Positions 38,058 through 47,859 of a stretch of DNA of 64,000 nt are shown here, in pieces (position 1 is the stretch's first letter; each line of letters opens with the position of its first letter). Below the pieces are notes generated by a model. The model saw only the letters and a list, made by a program, of their open reading frames with translations, had not been told where the DNA came from and did no database searches. The translations under genes and the position numbers were made by a program. Source of the stretch: Candidatus Poseidoniaceae archaeon (GTDB taxonomy: Archaea > Thermoplasmatota > Poseidoniia > Poseidoniales > Poseidoniaceae); NCBI GenBank assembly GCA_028356125.1, contig JAOMTZ010000004.1:25552-89551 (forward strand), written 5' to 3'.

Positions 38058-41000
38058 GAAGGCTCCCTTGGTGCAAATGAAACCCAGTGGTCTGGACGCG
38101 ATGGATTCGCAATCGACAATGTAACAATCTGGAAGCAGAACACTGCATTCACATCGAACGTTCAAAACCAACAATCGACCATTAACATGAACAACCTTGC
38201 TCCAAACGAAGATTACACAACAACAATCACTGCAGATTTCGTTAATGGAACAACTTACAGAATTTCTGCTGTATTGAATTTCGCTCAGGACGAGCAGCCT
38301 GCAAATGATGAGATTGTAGGTTACATTACAGCATTCAACATCTTTGACCCTGCTGTCTTAGGAATTGAATCATTCAAACCAGGTAGTTTGTATGCAGAAG
38401 GTAACTTCCCAATCGAAGTTCTTGTAGAACATCTTGGAAATACAAATGTTACATTCGACATTGAAGCTAAGGTCTACAGTGCTCTACCTACCGATGTCTA
38501 TTGTGGATCACCTCTAGTGGTCTGTGAAGAAGGATTCGAAGGAGGAGTAGCTGGATTCAGATACACTGACGACAGCAATGCTAACGGTGGAATCATAGAC
38601 GATTCTACTTGTGCAGAGAAGTTGTTTGGTTCTCACGCTTACTGGTTCGGTCATCCATGTGACACTGCAAACAGTTTCGGAGACGTATGGGAAAATGAAA
38701 CTCTAACTATTCCTGGAATAGATTTGACCAACATGTCTGGAGATTATGTCGCTCTTAACTTCGAATACTTCGCTGAAACATGGTTCGAATATAACATTCA
38801 ATCCGGTCAAACCTCGTCTGTTAACGACTATGCTGCATTAACGGTAGACTGGAACAAAGGAGGAACTGATTACGAAGGAGTTGTCTATGGCCAGTGGATT
38901 GATTACAACGAAGACGGTTTCTGTATCGTTGACGAAGATGGTAATGGATTCATTGACCCAGTCAACGAAACCACGCTGGACAATACCGAGATCGATTACA
39001 TCGGGGACCCAGTTAACATCAACGGTGGTTCAGGAAATTACAATGTATTCTACAACACCGATGGCTTAGTTCAGAGCCAAAGCATCGATTTAACACACCT
39101 TTACGTTGTTAACACGACTTCGGCTGATTCTAGCCTTTGGACTGATGAATGTATGAGTTTAGCAGGCTCGGTAGTTGACATCAATTTCGAGTTCCAGTCT
39201 AACGATGACGGACACAATGGTCAGAATGATGGGGTCCGTGGAGTTGCTTTCGATAATATCTCTCTGGAAGAATTTACTTTCAGTCAGGATGCAACCTACA
39301 GTACAACAATTGTTGACCTAGATGCAGAAGAGAACCGCACAATCGCAATATCTAACCACGACTTCGTTTCTGGAGTTTACAAGATTGAAGTAGAATCGCA
39401 GTTCGACAACACCTCCCAAGGAACACCTTGGTTTGGATTTGAAGAAATCTCCCTTGCTAACAACTTAGCGAGAGTAATTTTCTCTGTTGAAAGTGTTGAT
39501 ATTACTCTAGGTAAGCCAGATCAGATTTCATGTCTTGATGATGTCGTGCTAGATTGTGTACTACCAATCGATAGCGCAAAGATGCACGATTGGTCCCTAT
39601 CTGCTACGAACGGTGTTCTACAGGGAGACTATACTTTCCACATGACAGTTGTCGATGATGCAGATGGTAGTCAAGTTCACACAACAACTGCAGGTCCAAG
39701 TCAGACATTAAGTGCACAAGAGAGGACAACAGTGTCCTATACTCCATGGAATGGATGGCAAGATGGTCACACATACAACATCAGTTTCCATGCATCTCTA
39801 CCTGATGGCAGCACATCTGGAAATGTTCGTTACTTCCATGCATCATTCGCTGACCAAATCGATATCGCAATCCTTTCCGGTGACTCAACACGTGTTTCCT
39901 CAATTAAGCAGGATATGGTCATCCTAGGATTGACTTACACACAGTATGATATCAATGACTGGAGCGAATACCTAGACCTAGGATGGTTAACTCATTACGA
40001 CAAGGTAATCATGCCTTGGCAAGATGTTAACACAGCTAAGCCTGGTGATGAAGGCGGAAAGGGTTACTACGAATTAATCGGTGGTTCTTCTTATCAAAGT
40101 GCAATGAAGAACTTCATGTCATCTGGAGGAACAGTTCAGGTTCACCTTTCTGGTGCGACTGATTACTACGAGTACTCTTCATCTACTGGAGAAAGCTTAC
40201 TTCCGTTCGATATGGATGTCCAACCAAGAAACACTCCTGAAACAAGAGTCACATACAACAACATGGAAGTTGCAGACCCCTACCATCCAATTTTGGAAGG
40301 TGTAGACCTTGCAGCATTCCAAGGATTTGACCAATTCGGAACTGTTACAGAATCGATTATCAACACCAAGAGCGCTTCTGCAACATCGGTTCCACGTGCT
40401 TGTAATGGATACTCCGAAGAAGGAGGTTCTTTCCAGAGGTTATTGCAATCTGAAGCAGACGTGCAAGACACTGTACTGGGTGTATGCAGCTATGTTGATG
40501 GTGGCCTAATCGTTACCACAATAGATGTAGCAAGTGTCTCCGACAGAGCAGACAGTAGCACTTTCCCTCTTCTTGGGAACATGCTTTCCTACCAAGTAAC
40601 TCCTTATCCTAATGGATTTGGAACACTTGGAAGTGGCCTAGATTTGACAATCAATGGTGAAATACCATCATTCGATCCTTCTACTGGCGGATACGCTTAC
40701 CATTACATGAAGAGTAACTCCGAGATTACTTTCGGACACATTACTAGTGCTTCTGAAGTATTATCCACAGATTGGGTAATCAGTGGACCAACTGACTGGA
40801 CTGGTTCTTCAATGGCTAGTGGTACCGACCACACAGATGTAGCAACACCAACAGTTGATTTCTGTAAGGTAGACCTTTCATCTGCAACAGGATGTCTCCA
40901 GGGCGCAACTTGGGAAGTTACACTCTTCCTACACGATGCTGCTGGACATTCCCGTTCGATCTCGGTTACTGTAATGACTGACGATACAAGGGCTGACGAA

Positions 41001-42239
41001 TTCCGCCCAGTAGCGGATGCAATGGTCGATATGAGAGTTGAATACGAAGACCAAATCGAAGACCGTGGAGTCAAATCCGTATCGGGAGTCGATTGGCCTC
41101 TCCAGAGAATCAACCTCGATGAATCTGGTTCTTTGACCGTACACTTTGATGCAGGCAACTCTTCAGATGCAGATTCTCTTTCCGGTAACGGAATAGAGTC
41201 TTACGAATGGACAGTTCTGTTTGACAAGCCTTACAACGTACAAGACTACAAGTTGGAAGGACACAACTTCATTACTCCAGCATCTAGCGATGGAGCATGG
41301 GCATACACCTTCAGTAACGTGACAGTGGACCCAAGTGGTCAGACTGAATCTCTAATCCGTATCGAATTAGTTGTTTACGACCAAGCAGGAAAGAGTTCTG
41401 ACAAGTACAAGATGTACTTCTCGGTTGTACCAGAAGGGTTCGGAGATGCTGAGCCAACTGTACAAATCGGACTTAATTTGAACGGTTCCTCATTCATTCA
41501 AGACACTATTACACTAAGCGGTAATGTCGTTGATGGTGCTGAACAGGGTGACGTATATGTCGAGGTAGCTCTATTGGAAACAACATTTGACCAGACTGCA
41601 GTCGCAAAGTACACCCTTCAACTTGAACAGAAGTGGGCAAGATCAGATGCATTGGGAGACGGAGATGGATTCGAATTAACTTTGAACATTGCAGATCTTT
41701 ATGATAACAATTCCAAGAACATCAAGGTGTTCTTGAAGATATACGAAGGCGATGACAAACGCTGGCCTATTATCTACTGGATTGAGATCACACTACCTGA
41801 ATGTCAAGGCGTTGTTGTACCTGTAGAGGTATTAGATGCTGAGCCAGATGCATACTGGATTTGGAATGAAGACACCATGGAATGTGAATGGTCTGGAGAG
41901 TTCACAGATTCAGATAACGACGGAATCCCTGACAAAGAACCAGTCAGTGATGATGCAGAATCTAGCGGTGATAGCGATTTGATGCTATACCTTGGAGGAG
42001 GACTTGGTCTTGCACTAATCGTAATACTGTCTCTCTTCTTCGTACTTCGTGGCGGAAATGAAGACGAAATCGTAGACTCAGGAATGGGTGGAGATTTCAC
42101 TGCAACCGCAGCAGGATATGCTGGAGTCGCAGAGATGGATCCAATGGAGCAATATGTTCAGCAACTAATCGCTCAAGGATATCCCGAAGAAACTGCTAGG
42201 GCTTATGCTCAACAGTACGCCGGCCATTTCCAACAATAG
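38058..42239 (+). CDS. Large surface protein, C-terminal part (jelly-roll, Ig/PKD-like domains, TM anchor, short cytoplasmic helical tail)
   Basis: Frame is open from 38058 (EGSLGANETQWSGRDGFAIDNV...) into the 38187 ORF; FDAGNSSD PKD-like motif; TM followed by YVQQLIAQGYPEETARAYA. Confidence 0.8.
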   Translation, partial: EGSLGANETQWSGRDGFAIDNVTIWKQNTAFTSNVQNQQSTINMNNLAPNEDYTTTITADFVNGTTYRISAVLNFAQDEQPANDEIVGYITAFNIFDPAVLGIESFKPGSLYAEGNFPIEVLVEHLGNTNVTFDIEAKVYSALPTDVYCGSPLVVCEEGFEGGVAGFRYTDDSNANGGIIDDSTCAEKLFGSHAYWFGHPCDTANSFGDVWENETLTIPGIDLTNMSGDYVALNFEYFAETWFEYNIQSGQTSSVNDYAALTVDWNKGGTDYEGVVYGQWIDYNEDGFCIVDEDGNGFIDPVNETTLDNTEIDYIGDPVNINGGSGNYNVFYNTDGLVQSQSIDLTHLYVVNTTSADSSLWTDECMSLAGSVVDINFEFQSNDDGHNGQNDGVRGVAFDNISLEEFTFSQDATYSTTIVDLDAEENRTIAISNHDFVSGVYKIEVESQFDNTSQGTPWFGFEEISLANNLARVIFSVESVDITLGKPDQISCLDDVVLDCVLPIDSAKMHDWSLSATNGVLQGDYTFHMTVVDDADGSQVHTTTAGPSQTLSAQERTTVSYTPWNGWQDGHTYNISFHASLPDGSTSGNVRYFHASFADQIDIAILSGDSTRVSSIKQDMVILGLTYTQYDINDWSEYLDLGWLTHYDKVIMPWQDVNTAKPGDEGGKGYYELIGGSSYQSAMKNFMSSGGTVQVHLSGATDYYEYSSSTGESLLPFDMDVQPRNTPETRVTYNNMEVADPYHPILEGVDLAAFQGFDQFGTVTESIINTKSASATSVPRACNGYSEEGGSFQRLLQSEADVQDTVLGVCSYVDGGLIVTTIDVASVSDRADSSTFPLLGNMLSYQVTPYPNGFGTLGSGLDLTINGEIPSFDPSTGGYAYHYMKSNSEITFGHITSASEVLSTDWVISGPTDWTGSSMASGTDHTDVATPTVDFCKVDLSSATGCLQGATWEVTLFLHDAAGHSRSISVTVMTDDTRADEFRPVADAMVDMRVEYEDQIEDRGVKSVSGVDWPLQRINLDESGSLTVHFDAGNSSDADSLSGNGIESYEWTVLFDKPYNVQDYKLEGHNFITPASSDGAWAYTFSNVTVDPSGQTESLIRIELVVYDQAGKSSDKYKMYFSVVPEGFGDAEPTVQIGLNLNGSSFIQDTITLSGNVVDGAEQGDVYVEVALLETTFDQTAVAKYTLQLEQKWARSDALGDGDGFELTLNIADLYDNNSKNIKVFLKIYEGDDKRWPIIYWIEITLPECQGVVVPVEVLDAEPDAYWIWNEDTMECEWSGEFTDSDNDGIPDKEPVSDDAESSGDSDLMLYLGGGLGLALIVILSLFFVLRGGNEDEIVDSGMGGDFTATAAGYAGVAEMDPMEQYVQQLIAQGYPEETARAYAQQYAGHFQQ

Positions 42240-42256
42240 ATGGGACTGTTATTGGA

Positions 42257-42288
42257 ACAGGACTCTGCCCTGAGGGGCAGGGTCTTGT
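42257..42288 (+). terminator. 14-bp stem / 4-nt loop hairpin between the surface protein gene and ahcY
   Basis: acaggactctgccc-tgag-gggcagggtcttgt, two G-U pairs on the + strand; no long U-tract. Confidence 0.45.
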
Positions 42289-42328
42289 AACCGATTGAAC
42301 TATCAGTGGTGTCCACTCGCCATGGGAC

Positions 42329-43594
42329 ATGGATAAGGATGCTAACTATACCGTCGCAGATTTGAGTCTGGCAGAAGAAGGTTCGTTACGTGTTGATTGG
42401 GCACGTTCAAGGATGCCGGTTCTTGCTGCATTGAAAGCACAAGCTGAACAGGACAAGCCTCTAGCGGGAATGCGTGTTGCAGGCTGTCTTCACGTAACCA
42501 AAGAGACAGCAGTTCTGATCGAAACTATCCGTGCAGCAGGTGCGGAGATATCTTGGTCGGGTTGTAATCCACTTTCTACTCAGGATGATGTGGCAGCATG
42601 GCTTGCAAGCGAAGGATACTCAGTACACGCCTGGCATGGTCAATCGGTAGAAGATTTCTATTGGTGTATTGACAAAACTTTGGAATTTAAGCCAACTTTG
42701 ACACTTGATGACGGTGCAGATTTGATTGTACGTGTCCATGGAGAGAAATCTGAATATGCTGAAACAGTAATCGGCGGTACTGAAGAAACGACAACAGGAG
42801 TTCACCGACTACGTTCTATGGCGGCTGCAGGGGATCTGAAGTATCCTGTTATCGCTGTTAACGATGCAATCACCAAATGGGATTTTGACAACGTGTATGG
42901 TACGGGACAATCTACTATTGATGGCATTCTCCGTTCTACCAGCGTATTGATTGCGGGTAAGACATTCGTTGTGGCAGGATATGGCCACTGTGGGAGAGGA
43001 CTTGCTATGAGGGCTAAGGGAATGGGTGCAAATGTAGTAATTACAGAGATTGACCCTCTTCCTGGTCTTAGGGCTGTAATGGATGGTTTCAGAGTCATGA
43101 AGATGGATGAAGCTGCAGCAATCGGCGATATCTTTTGCACGGCTACTGGAATGAAGGATGTAATTGCAGGGCACCACTTTGACATGATGAAAGACGGTGC
43201 TTTAATCTCTAACACAGGGCATTATGATTGCGAAATTAATATTGAACAACTGAAAGAGCGTTCTGTTTCTGTACGCACAATCCGCCCAGAGAATGATGAA
43301 TACACTTTGGAAGATGGACGAAGAGTTCACCTTCTTGCAGACGGGCGTTTAGTAAACCTAGCCGCAGCTGAAGGCCATCCATCAGAAGTAATGGACATGA
43401 GTTTCGCTAATCAGTTCCTCTCATTGTGTAGGCTTGCTGCTGAAGCTGAATCTTTGGAAAATGATGTCTATGATATTTCATTGGAGCAAGATATGGATCT
43501 CGCCTCTACTAAATTAGAGACTCTCGGTTTCTCCATCGATGTCTTGACCACTGAGCAAGTCAGATACTCTACAGATTATACTGCAGGGACATGA
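42329..43594 (+). CDS. ahcY: Adenosylhomocysteinase
   Basis: GCLHVT, CNPLSTQD, DDGADL, EETTTG, KWDFDNVYGTG, GHPSEVMDMSF. Confidence 0.97.
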   Translation: MDKDANYTVADLSLAEEGSLRVDWARSRMPVLAALKAQAEQDKPLAGMRVAGCLHVTKETAVLIETIRAAGAEISWSGCNPLSTQDDVAAWLASEGYSVHAWHGQSVEDFYWCIDKTLEFKPTLTLDDGADLIVRVHGEKSEYAETVIGGTEETTTGVHRLRSMAAAGDLKYPVIAVNDAITKWDFDNVYGTGQSTIDGILRSTSVLIAGKTFVVAGYGHCGRGLAMRAKGMGANVVITEIDPLPGLRAVMDGFRVMKMDEAAAIGDIFCTATGMKDVIAGHHFDMMKDGALISNTGHYDCEINIEQLKERSVSVRTIRPENDEYTLEDGRRVHLLADGRLVNLAAAEGHPSEVMDMSFANQFLSLCRLAAEAESLENDVYDISLEQDMDLASTKLETLGFSIDVLTTEQVRYSTDYTAGT

Positions 43595-43600
43595 TACAGT

Positions 43601-44632
43601 TCACTCTTCTTCGTAAGAAGTAGGTGTGTCATCATCTGCATCTTCGATGAATCCCATCTCATCATAGTGGGATTCAAAGTCTGGCATATTTATCTTCCAG
43701 TTTCTTGGAAGTTTGTTGTCTGATTCGATAATCTTGTTCAGACGTTGTTGGAACGCTGGTGGGTGTCTCGAATACAAGAACATGTACAGTTTTGAGCCAC
43801 GAATATCTTCTGGAATCACAACTTTACCACTACTTGCTTCAAACTGTATTGCTCTAAGAAGATTAAATCCAGGGCGATTCACTCTTTGGTATAATTTCCT
43901 AGTAAATGACATACCAATAATCACGGTTACTAGAATTAACAAACTGGTGAGGCAGAATCCGCCCCAGCCGTCACCGAATAAAGATCGAGATACGAATACT
44001 TCCATCATTAGGAACGGAACAGTTGTCATCATGAACAACATATTCTCTGAAACAGGAGCTTTGTTTGCTCTCATTTTAATCGCAGTCCAACCTCCATGCT
44101 TCTTCTGCCATGGTTTGAAGAGGGCCTTAGGATCTCGTTCAGCAGACATTTCTAATGTTTTGTGGAGATGAGTAATACGGGCTAGTTGAGAATTTGCAAT
44201 ATCTAGGTCTTCTTCGAATAACGAGCCTAATCTGTCCCTTGCCTCAGCATACAACCCTAAATCTGAGAGAATTGTTGTCTGTTCAATTATTGGAACCGAC
44301 TCTAATGGAGCAGCATCTCTACAACGTTGCCACCAATGAAGTGCATCTTCATACAACCCTAACTGGTCAACCATTATCCGACCGCCCTTTAACCAGGCAT
44401 CAACTCTGGTTGGATCGATATCGATTATTTTGTTACAGGCAACCAATGCCTTGGATGCTTGTTCAATATCTGGATATTTACCGTCTGGAGAAAGTAATCC
44501 GACAATCATCCACCAAGCATTAGTATGTTCAGGGTCGGCTTTCACAGCCAGTCTAGCATTTTCAAGCGCGTTTTCTAATTCACCATTTTCTTCTGCTTCA
44601 ATAGCATCAAGATAATGATTTTCAGCGCTCAT
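43601..44632 (-). CDS. TPR-containing membrane protein
   Basis: TPR-like helical repeats (AVKADPEHTNAW, IIDIDPTRVDAW) and two TMs. Confidence 0.7.
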   Translation of the reverse strand: MSAENHYLDAIEAEENGELENALENARLAVKADPEHTNAWWMIVGLLSPDGKYPDIEQASKALVACNKIIDIDPTRVDAWLKGGRIMVDQLGLYEDALHWWQRCRDAAPLESVPIIEQTTILSDLGLYAEARDRLGSLFEEDLDIANSQLARITHLHKTLEMSAERDPKALFKPWQKKHGGWTAIKMRANKAPVSENMLFMMTTVPFLMMEVFVSRSLFGDGWGGFCLTSLLILVTVIIGMSFTRKLYQRVNRPGFNLLRAIQFEASSGKVVIPEDIRGSKLYMFLYSRHPPAFQQRLNKIIESDNKLPRNWKINMPDFESHYDEMGFIEDADDDTPTSYEEE

Positions 44633-45834
44633 TCATGCTTCCTCCGATTGTACTTAACCGAATGAAGAGGTAGTGGTTCTTTCAATTTCCCGTGGTGTCC
44701 CTTTCTTGGTCCACCTACTCTCTTGGAGCGTCCACAACTGAAGCAGTCATTTCTCTTGGCGAAATTAGACTTCCCACATTGCGGGCAATCCCAGTCTCCT
44801 GGGCGAGAGGTTTGCTCTCCTCTCCTGTCGCCAGGTCTTCTGTCATTACCTTCCCAGTTTTTTGCAGGTGCTCTTTCTCTACTAGTTTTAGGTGCACCAC
44901 AGCGGTTACATTCTGTTCTGAATGAGAAGTTGGAGTTCTTACATTCTCTGCATTCCCAATCGTTGTCTGAATGGTTTCCACGGTCGTTTCCACCGCGTTG
45001 ATTATCTCTTCCACGATGGTCGTTTCCACCACGACGGTCGTTTCCACCGCGTCTGTCGTCTCGTCCTCTGCGGTCATCCCTACCCCTTCTGTCGTTACCA
45101 CCGCGTCTATCATCGCGTTGGTTTGAACCGCCTTGACCCTTAGGTTCTCCACAGCGGTTACATTCAGTTCTGAATGCAAAGTTAGAGTTGTTACATTTAG
45201 GACAATCCCAATCGTTGTTGGAATGATTATCGCGATTATCTCTTCGACCATCGTTTCCTCTTCGATCATCTCTTCCACGACGATCATCTCTTCCACGACC
45301 ATCATCTCTTCCACGACGGTCATCTCTTCCGCCTCTATCGTTACGCTGGAAGTTGGATGAACCGGAACCTTTGGACTCTCCACATCGATTACATTCGGTT
45401 CTGAATGCGAAGTTAGAATTGTTACATTTAGGACAATCCCAGTCACGATTATTGGAATTATCTCTGCGGTTATCGCCGCCTCTGTTATCCCTTCCGCGCC
45501 TATCGTCTCCGCCTCTTCTATCGTCGCGACCTCTTCTATCGTTTCCGCCGCGTCTGTCGCTGCCTCTTCGGTCCTCATCAAAGCCGCGAGATTCACGCTG
45601 CTTCTTAGCTCGAATAGTAATCTCAATGCCAATCATGTCGTTAGCGTTAGACTTCCTGTCGAGGTGTGCTACATGGACCATTGAATCGTTAAGATTACCA
45701 ATTACTCCATCCACTTTCCCGATATAAGTTTCACTAGAATCGACCATTACGGAGCCTAGAGCAGGGCAAGCCCCAGAGTATGTAATCAGCAGTCCGCCTT
45801 CGTGGCTGACTCGCTCAACGCGTCCTTTGAACAT
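44629..45834 (-). CDS. gar1: Gar1-like domain fused to RG/D-rich repeats and four RanBP2-type zinc fingers
   Basis: N-terminal GRVERVSHEGGLLI..P.LGS.MVD..YIGKVDGVIG resembles archaeal Gar1; four W-x-C-x2-C-x3-N-F-x5-C-x2-C fingers. Confidence 0.7.
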   Translation of the reverse strand: MFKGRVERVSHEGGLLITYSGACPALGSVMVDSSETYIGKVDGVIGNLNDSMVHVAHLDRKSNANDMIGIEITIRAKKQRESRGFDEDRRGSDRRGGNDRRGRDDRRGGDDRRGRDNRGGDNRRDNSNNRDWDCPKCNNSNFAFRTECNRCGESKGSGSSNFQRNDRGGRDDRRGRDDGRGRDDRRGRDDRRGNDGRRDNRDNHSNNDWDCPKCNNSNFAFRTECNRCGEPKGQGGSNQRDDRRGGNDRRGRDDRRGRDDRRGGNDRRGGNDHRGRDNQRGGNDRGNHSDNDWECRECKNSNFSFRTECNRCGAPKTSRERAPAKNWEGNDRRPGDRRGEQTSRPGDWDCPQCGKSNFAKRNDCFSCGRSKRVGGPRKGHHGKLKEPLPLHSVKYNRRKHE

Positions 45835-45870
45835 AACCCTCCCTCGGAGTTCTACTTTTCAGTGTGACGG

Positions 45871-47814
45871 TTAGTCTCGGCGAAGTAATACAGCCGCTCC
45901 AAGCATAGAAATCACTGTCGCAAAGATACCAATTGAAGGTAATCCGCTCTCTTCTTCATCGTCTGTAGTAATCGTTTGGTCGTTGTTTCCTTCACTGAAA
46001 GTACCTGGGACATTAATGTCTGCAGTGGCAATTGCTCCTACTGAATCCGTAGCGCTGATTATAACATTGTACTCAGTTAAACCATCTGCTACACATTGAG
46101 CAATGGATAGAGTGACATCCCAGTTGTCACCATTGGTTGTGAAACTGGTTTGAGTCTCATCACACATTACTGCAGAAAGTTGTACAGAGCCTCCGTCAGG
46201 GTCTATCGCCGTACCGGATAAGCTGAATGAGTATTGGTCAGGTGACCATGTAGCGTATGTGCCCTCTATTTCGTCCATATTGACCATGAGGACAGGTGGT
46301 GTGTTTTTCTTCTCACAACAATTGTATATATCCAATTCAGCATGCCAATCAAGCATACCTGGGGATGTGGCAATGATGTGTATGTTGAAATCACCCGGTG
46401 AAATACCAGATAAACTTACAGAACCACTAGTAGATGTAGATCCTAGGTTCACCAAAGTCGCAACACCACTCGATCCTCCTTGAATTGCATTAATCGATAA
46501 TGCCATATTTTCAACCATTAATGCGTTAGTTGCTTTAATTTCGACTGAATCAGTGTATGGGCCATTAGAGACTGTGTCGAAGACTGCAGGTTGGCCGAAC
46601 CTCCATGTGTGGCTAACATTACTCATAGCCCCGTATGGGTCTACTAAGTGGCATGTGGCATCGGAAGTTTCTGTATTTCCAGTCGTAACTAACAATTCGC
46701 CATCTGAGTTCATTCTGCTTGACCAACCGCCATTAGCGAATTCACAATCCAGTCCCCAGGCATCATTGTCGAGAGCCCAATCTGCCATTGTTTCGTCGGT
46801 TATTGCGACTACCTCGTTTCCAATTCCTTCTCCTCTAAGAATAGGAATAATTGTGCCGTCTACAGGTTCGTTAGATGTCCAAACTGGGACGTCATTTGTT
46901 TCAGGAGGGGATGTTGTCATGTCGAAGAATACATTTCGAATCATTGGCCAATCGGCCTTATCATAGCCGATTGTCATTTTTACTCTAACGCTGCCATCGG
47001 GTAGGAATATTTCTTCAATCGAGCCAGCATTAAGGTTCTCTACAACATTGCTAGTTCCATCAGATAGAGTTGTTTGATCCTGAATTGTCCAGTTAGCCAT
47101 ACGCATCCCATCCACGAATGGGAATGTGAATACCATTGTTGCGCTTGTGACATTTGTAGCATTCATTGCTACCGTGAAGTCACTTTCGCCAGAGTTAGCT
47201 AATTTATTGAATCGTGTATTATGTGTCTCATCCGACTTGGTGAACATCGATATTTCTAGGTTGTTTGTTGCTGCGGTTGGGACTTCGCGGCAATCTGCAC
47301 TAGCCAAACTGTATCTGCCAGCACACGACCTTTCTTCTGGATGGCCATCCGGAATCAGATTGACTTCCTCAAGACCAATTCCATCTTCTACGAATTCGAC
47401 ATCGTTCCAATCAACACCGCCACGGTGAGGCATACCTTCTCTAATTCCGATACGAGTATACATGTCTGCAATACATTTTGCACCAATCTCTCTGACTGCA
47501 TCTCTTTCGTCAGTTGAAATCCAGTCGTTGTCCCCTCCAGGGAATCCTTCGAATAAGGAATCTAGGTTGTCACGAACTACTGCTGCACGGCTCTCATTAA
47601 CCCAAGAGTTAGCGAACAGGTCAGAAGTAGCCCAATCATCTAGGATTTGGAATTCAAATACAGCATTATTGTATTCGAACAGGTCTTCAAATGTGTAACC
47701 TGAGCAGTCTATGTCATCCATTTGACGTCCGGAATCTTCAGCCATTGTAGTGGTTGTCATTGACATTGTTGCCATCAAGGCGGCCAGTAAGAAAGCAGAA
47801 ATTCTTCCCTTCAT
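45871..47814 (-). CDS. Surface glycoprotein with PGF-CTERM-like C-terminal sorting signal
   Basis: Signal peptide; Thr/Asp/Glu linker followed by GLPSIG-TM-RRD. Confidence 0.7.
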   Translation of the reverse strand: MKGRISAFLLAALMATMSMTTTTMAEDSGRQMDDIDCSGYTFEDLFEYNNAVFEFQILDDWATSDLFANSWVNESRAAVVRDNLDSLFEGFPGGDNDWISTDERDAVREIGAKCIADMYTRIGIREGMPHRGGVDWNDVEFVEDGIGLEEVNLIPDGHPEERSCAGRYSLASADCREVPTAATNNLEISMFTKSDETHNTRFNKLANSGESDFTVAMNATNVTSATMVFTFPFVDGMRMANWTIQDQTTLSDGTSNVVENLNAGSIEEIFLPDGSVRVKMTIGYDKADWPMIRNVFFDMTTSPPETNDVPVWTSNEPVDGTIIPILRGEGIGNEVVAITDETMADWALDNDAWGLDCEFANGGWSSRMNSDGELLVTTGNTETSDATCHLVDPYGAMSNVSHTWRFGQPAVFDTVSNGPYTDSVEIKATNALMVENMALSINAIQGGSSGVATLVNLGSTSTSGSVSLSGISPGDFNIHIIATSPGMLDWHAELDIYNCCEKKNTPPVLMVNMDEIEGTYATWSPDQYSFSLSGTAIDPDGGSVQLSAVMCDETQTSFTTNGDNWDVTLSIAQCVADGLTEYNVIISATDSVGAIATADINVPGTFSEGNNDQTITTDDEEESGLPSIGIFATVISMLGAAVLLRRD

Positions 47815-47859
47815 GTATTTCCCTAAGGGCGGAATACACTTAGTGTGTTCCACTACATG

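Noticed and set aside
44692-45727. Long alternative-frame and antisense ORFs over the Gar1-RanBP2 gene
   Set aside because: Shadow ORFs produced by low-complexity repeats lacking stops.
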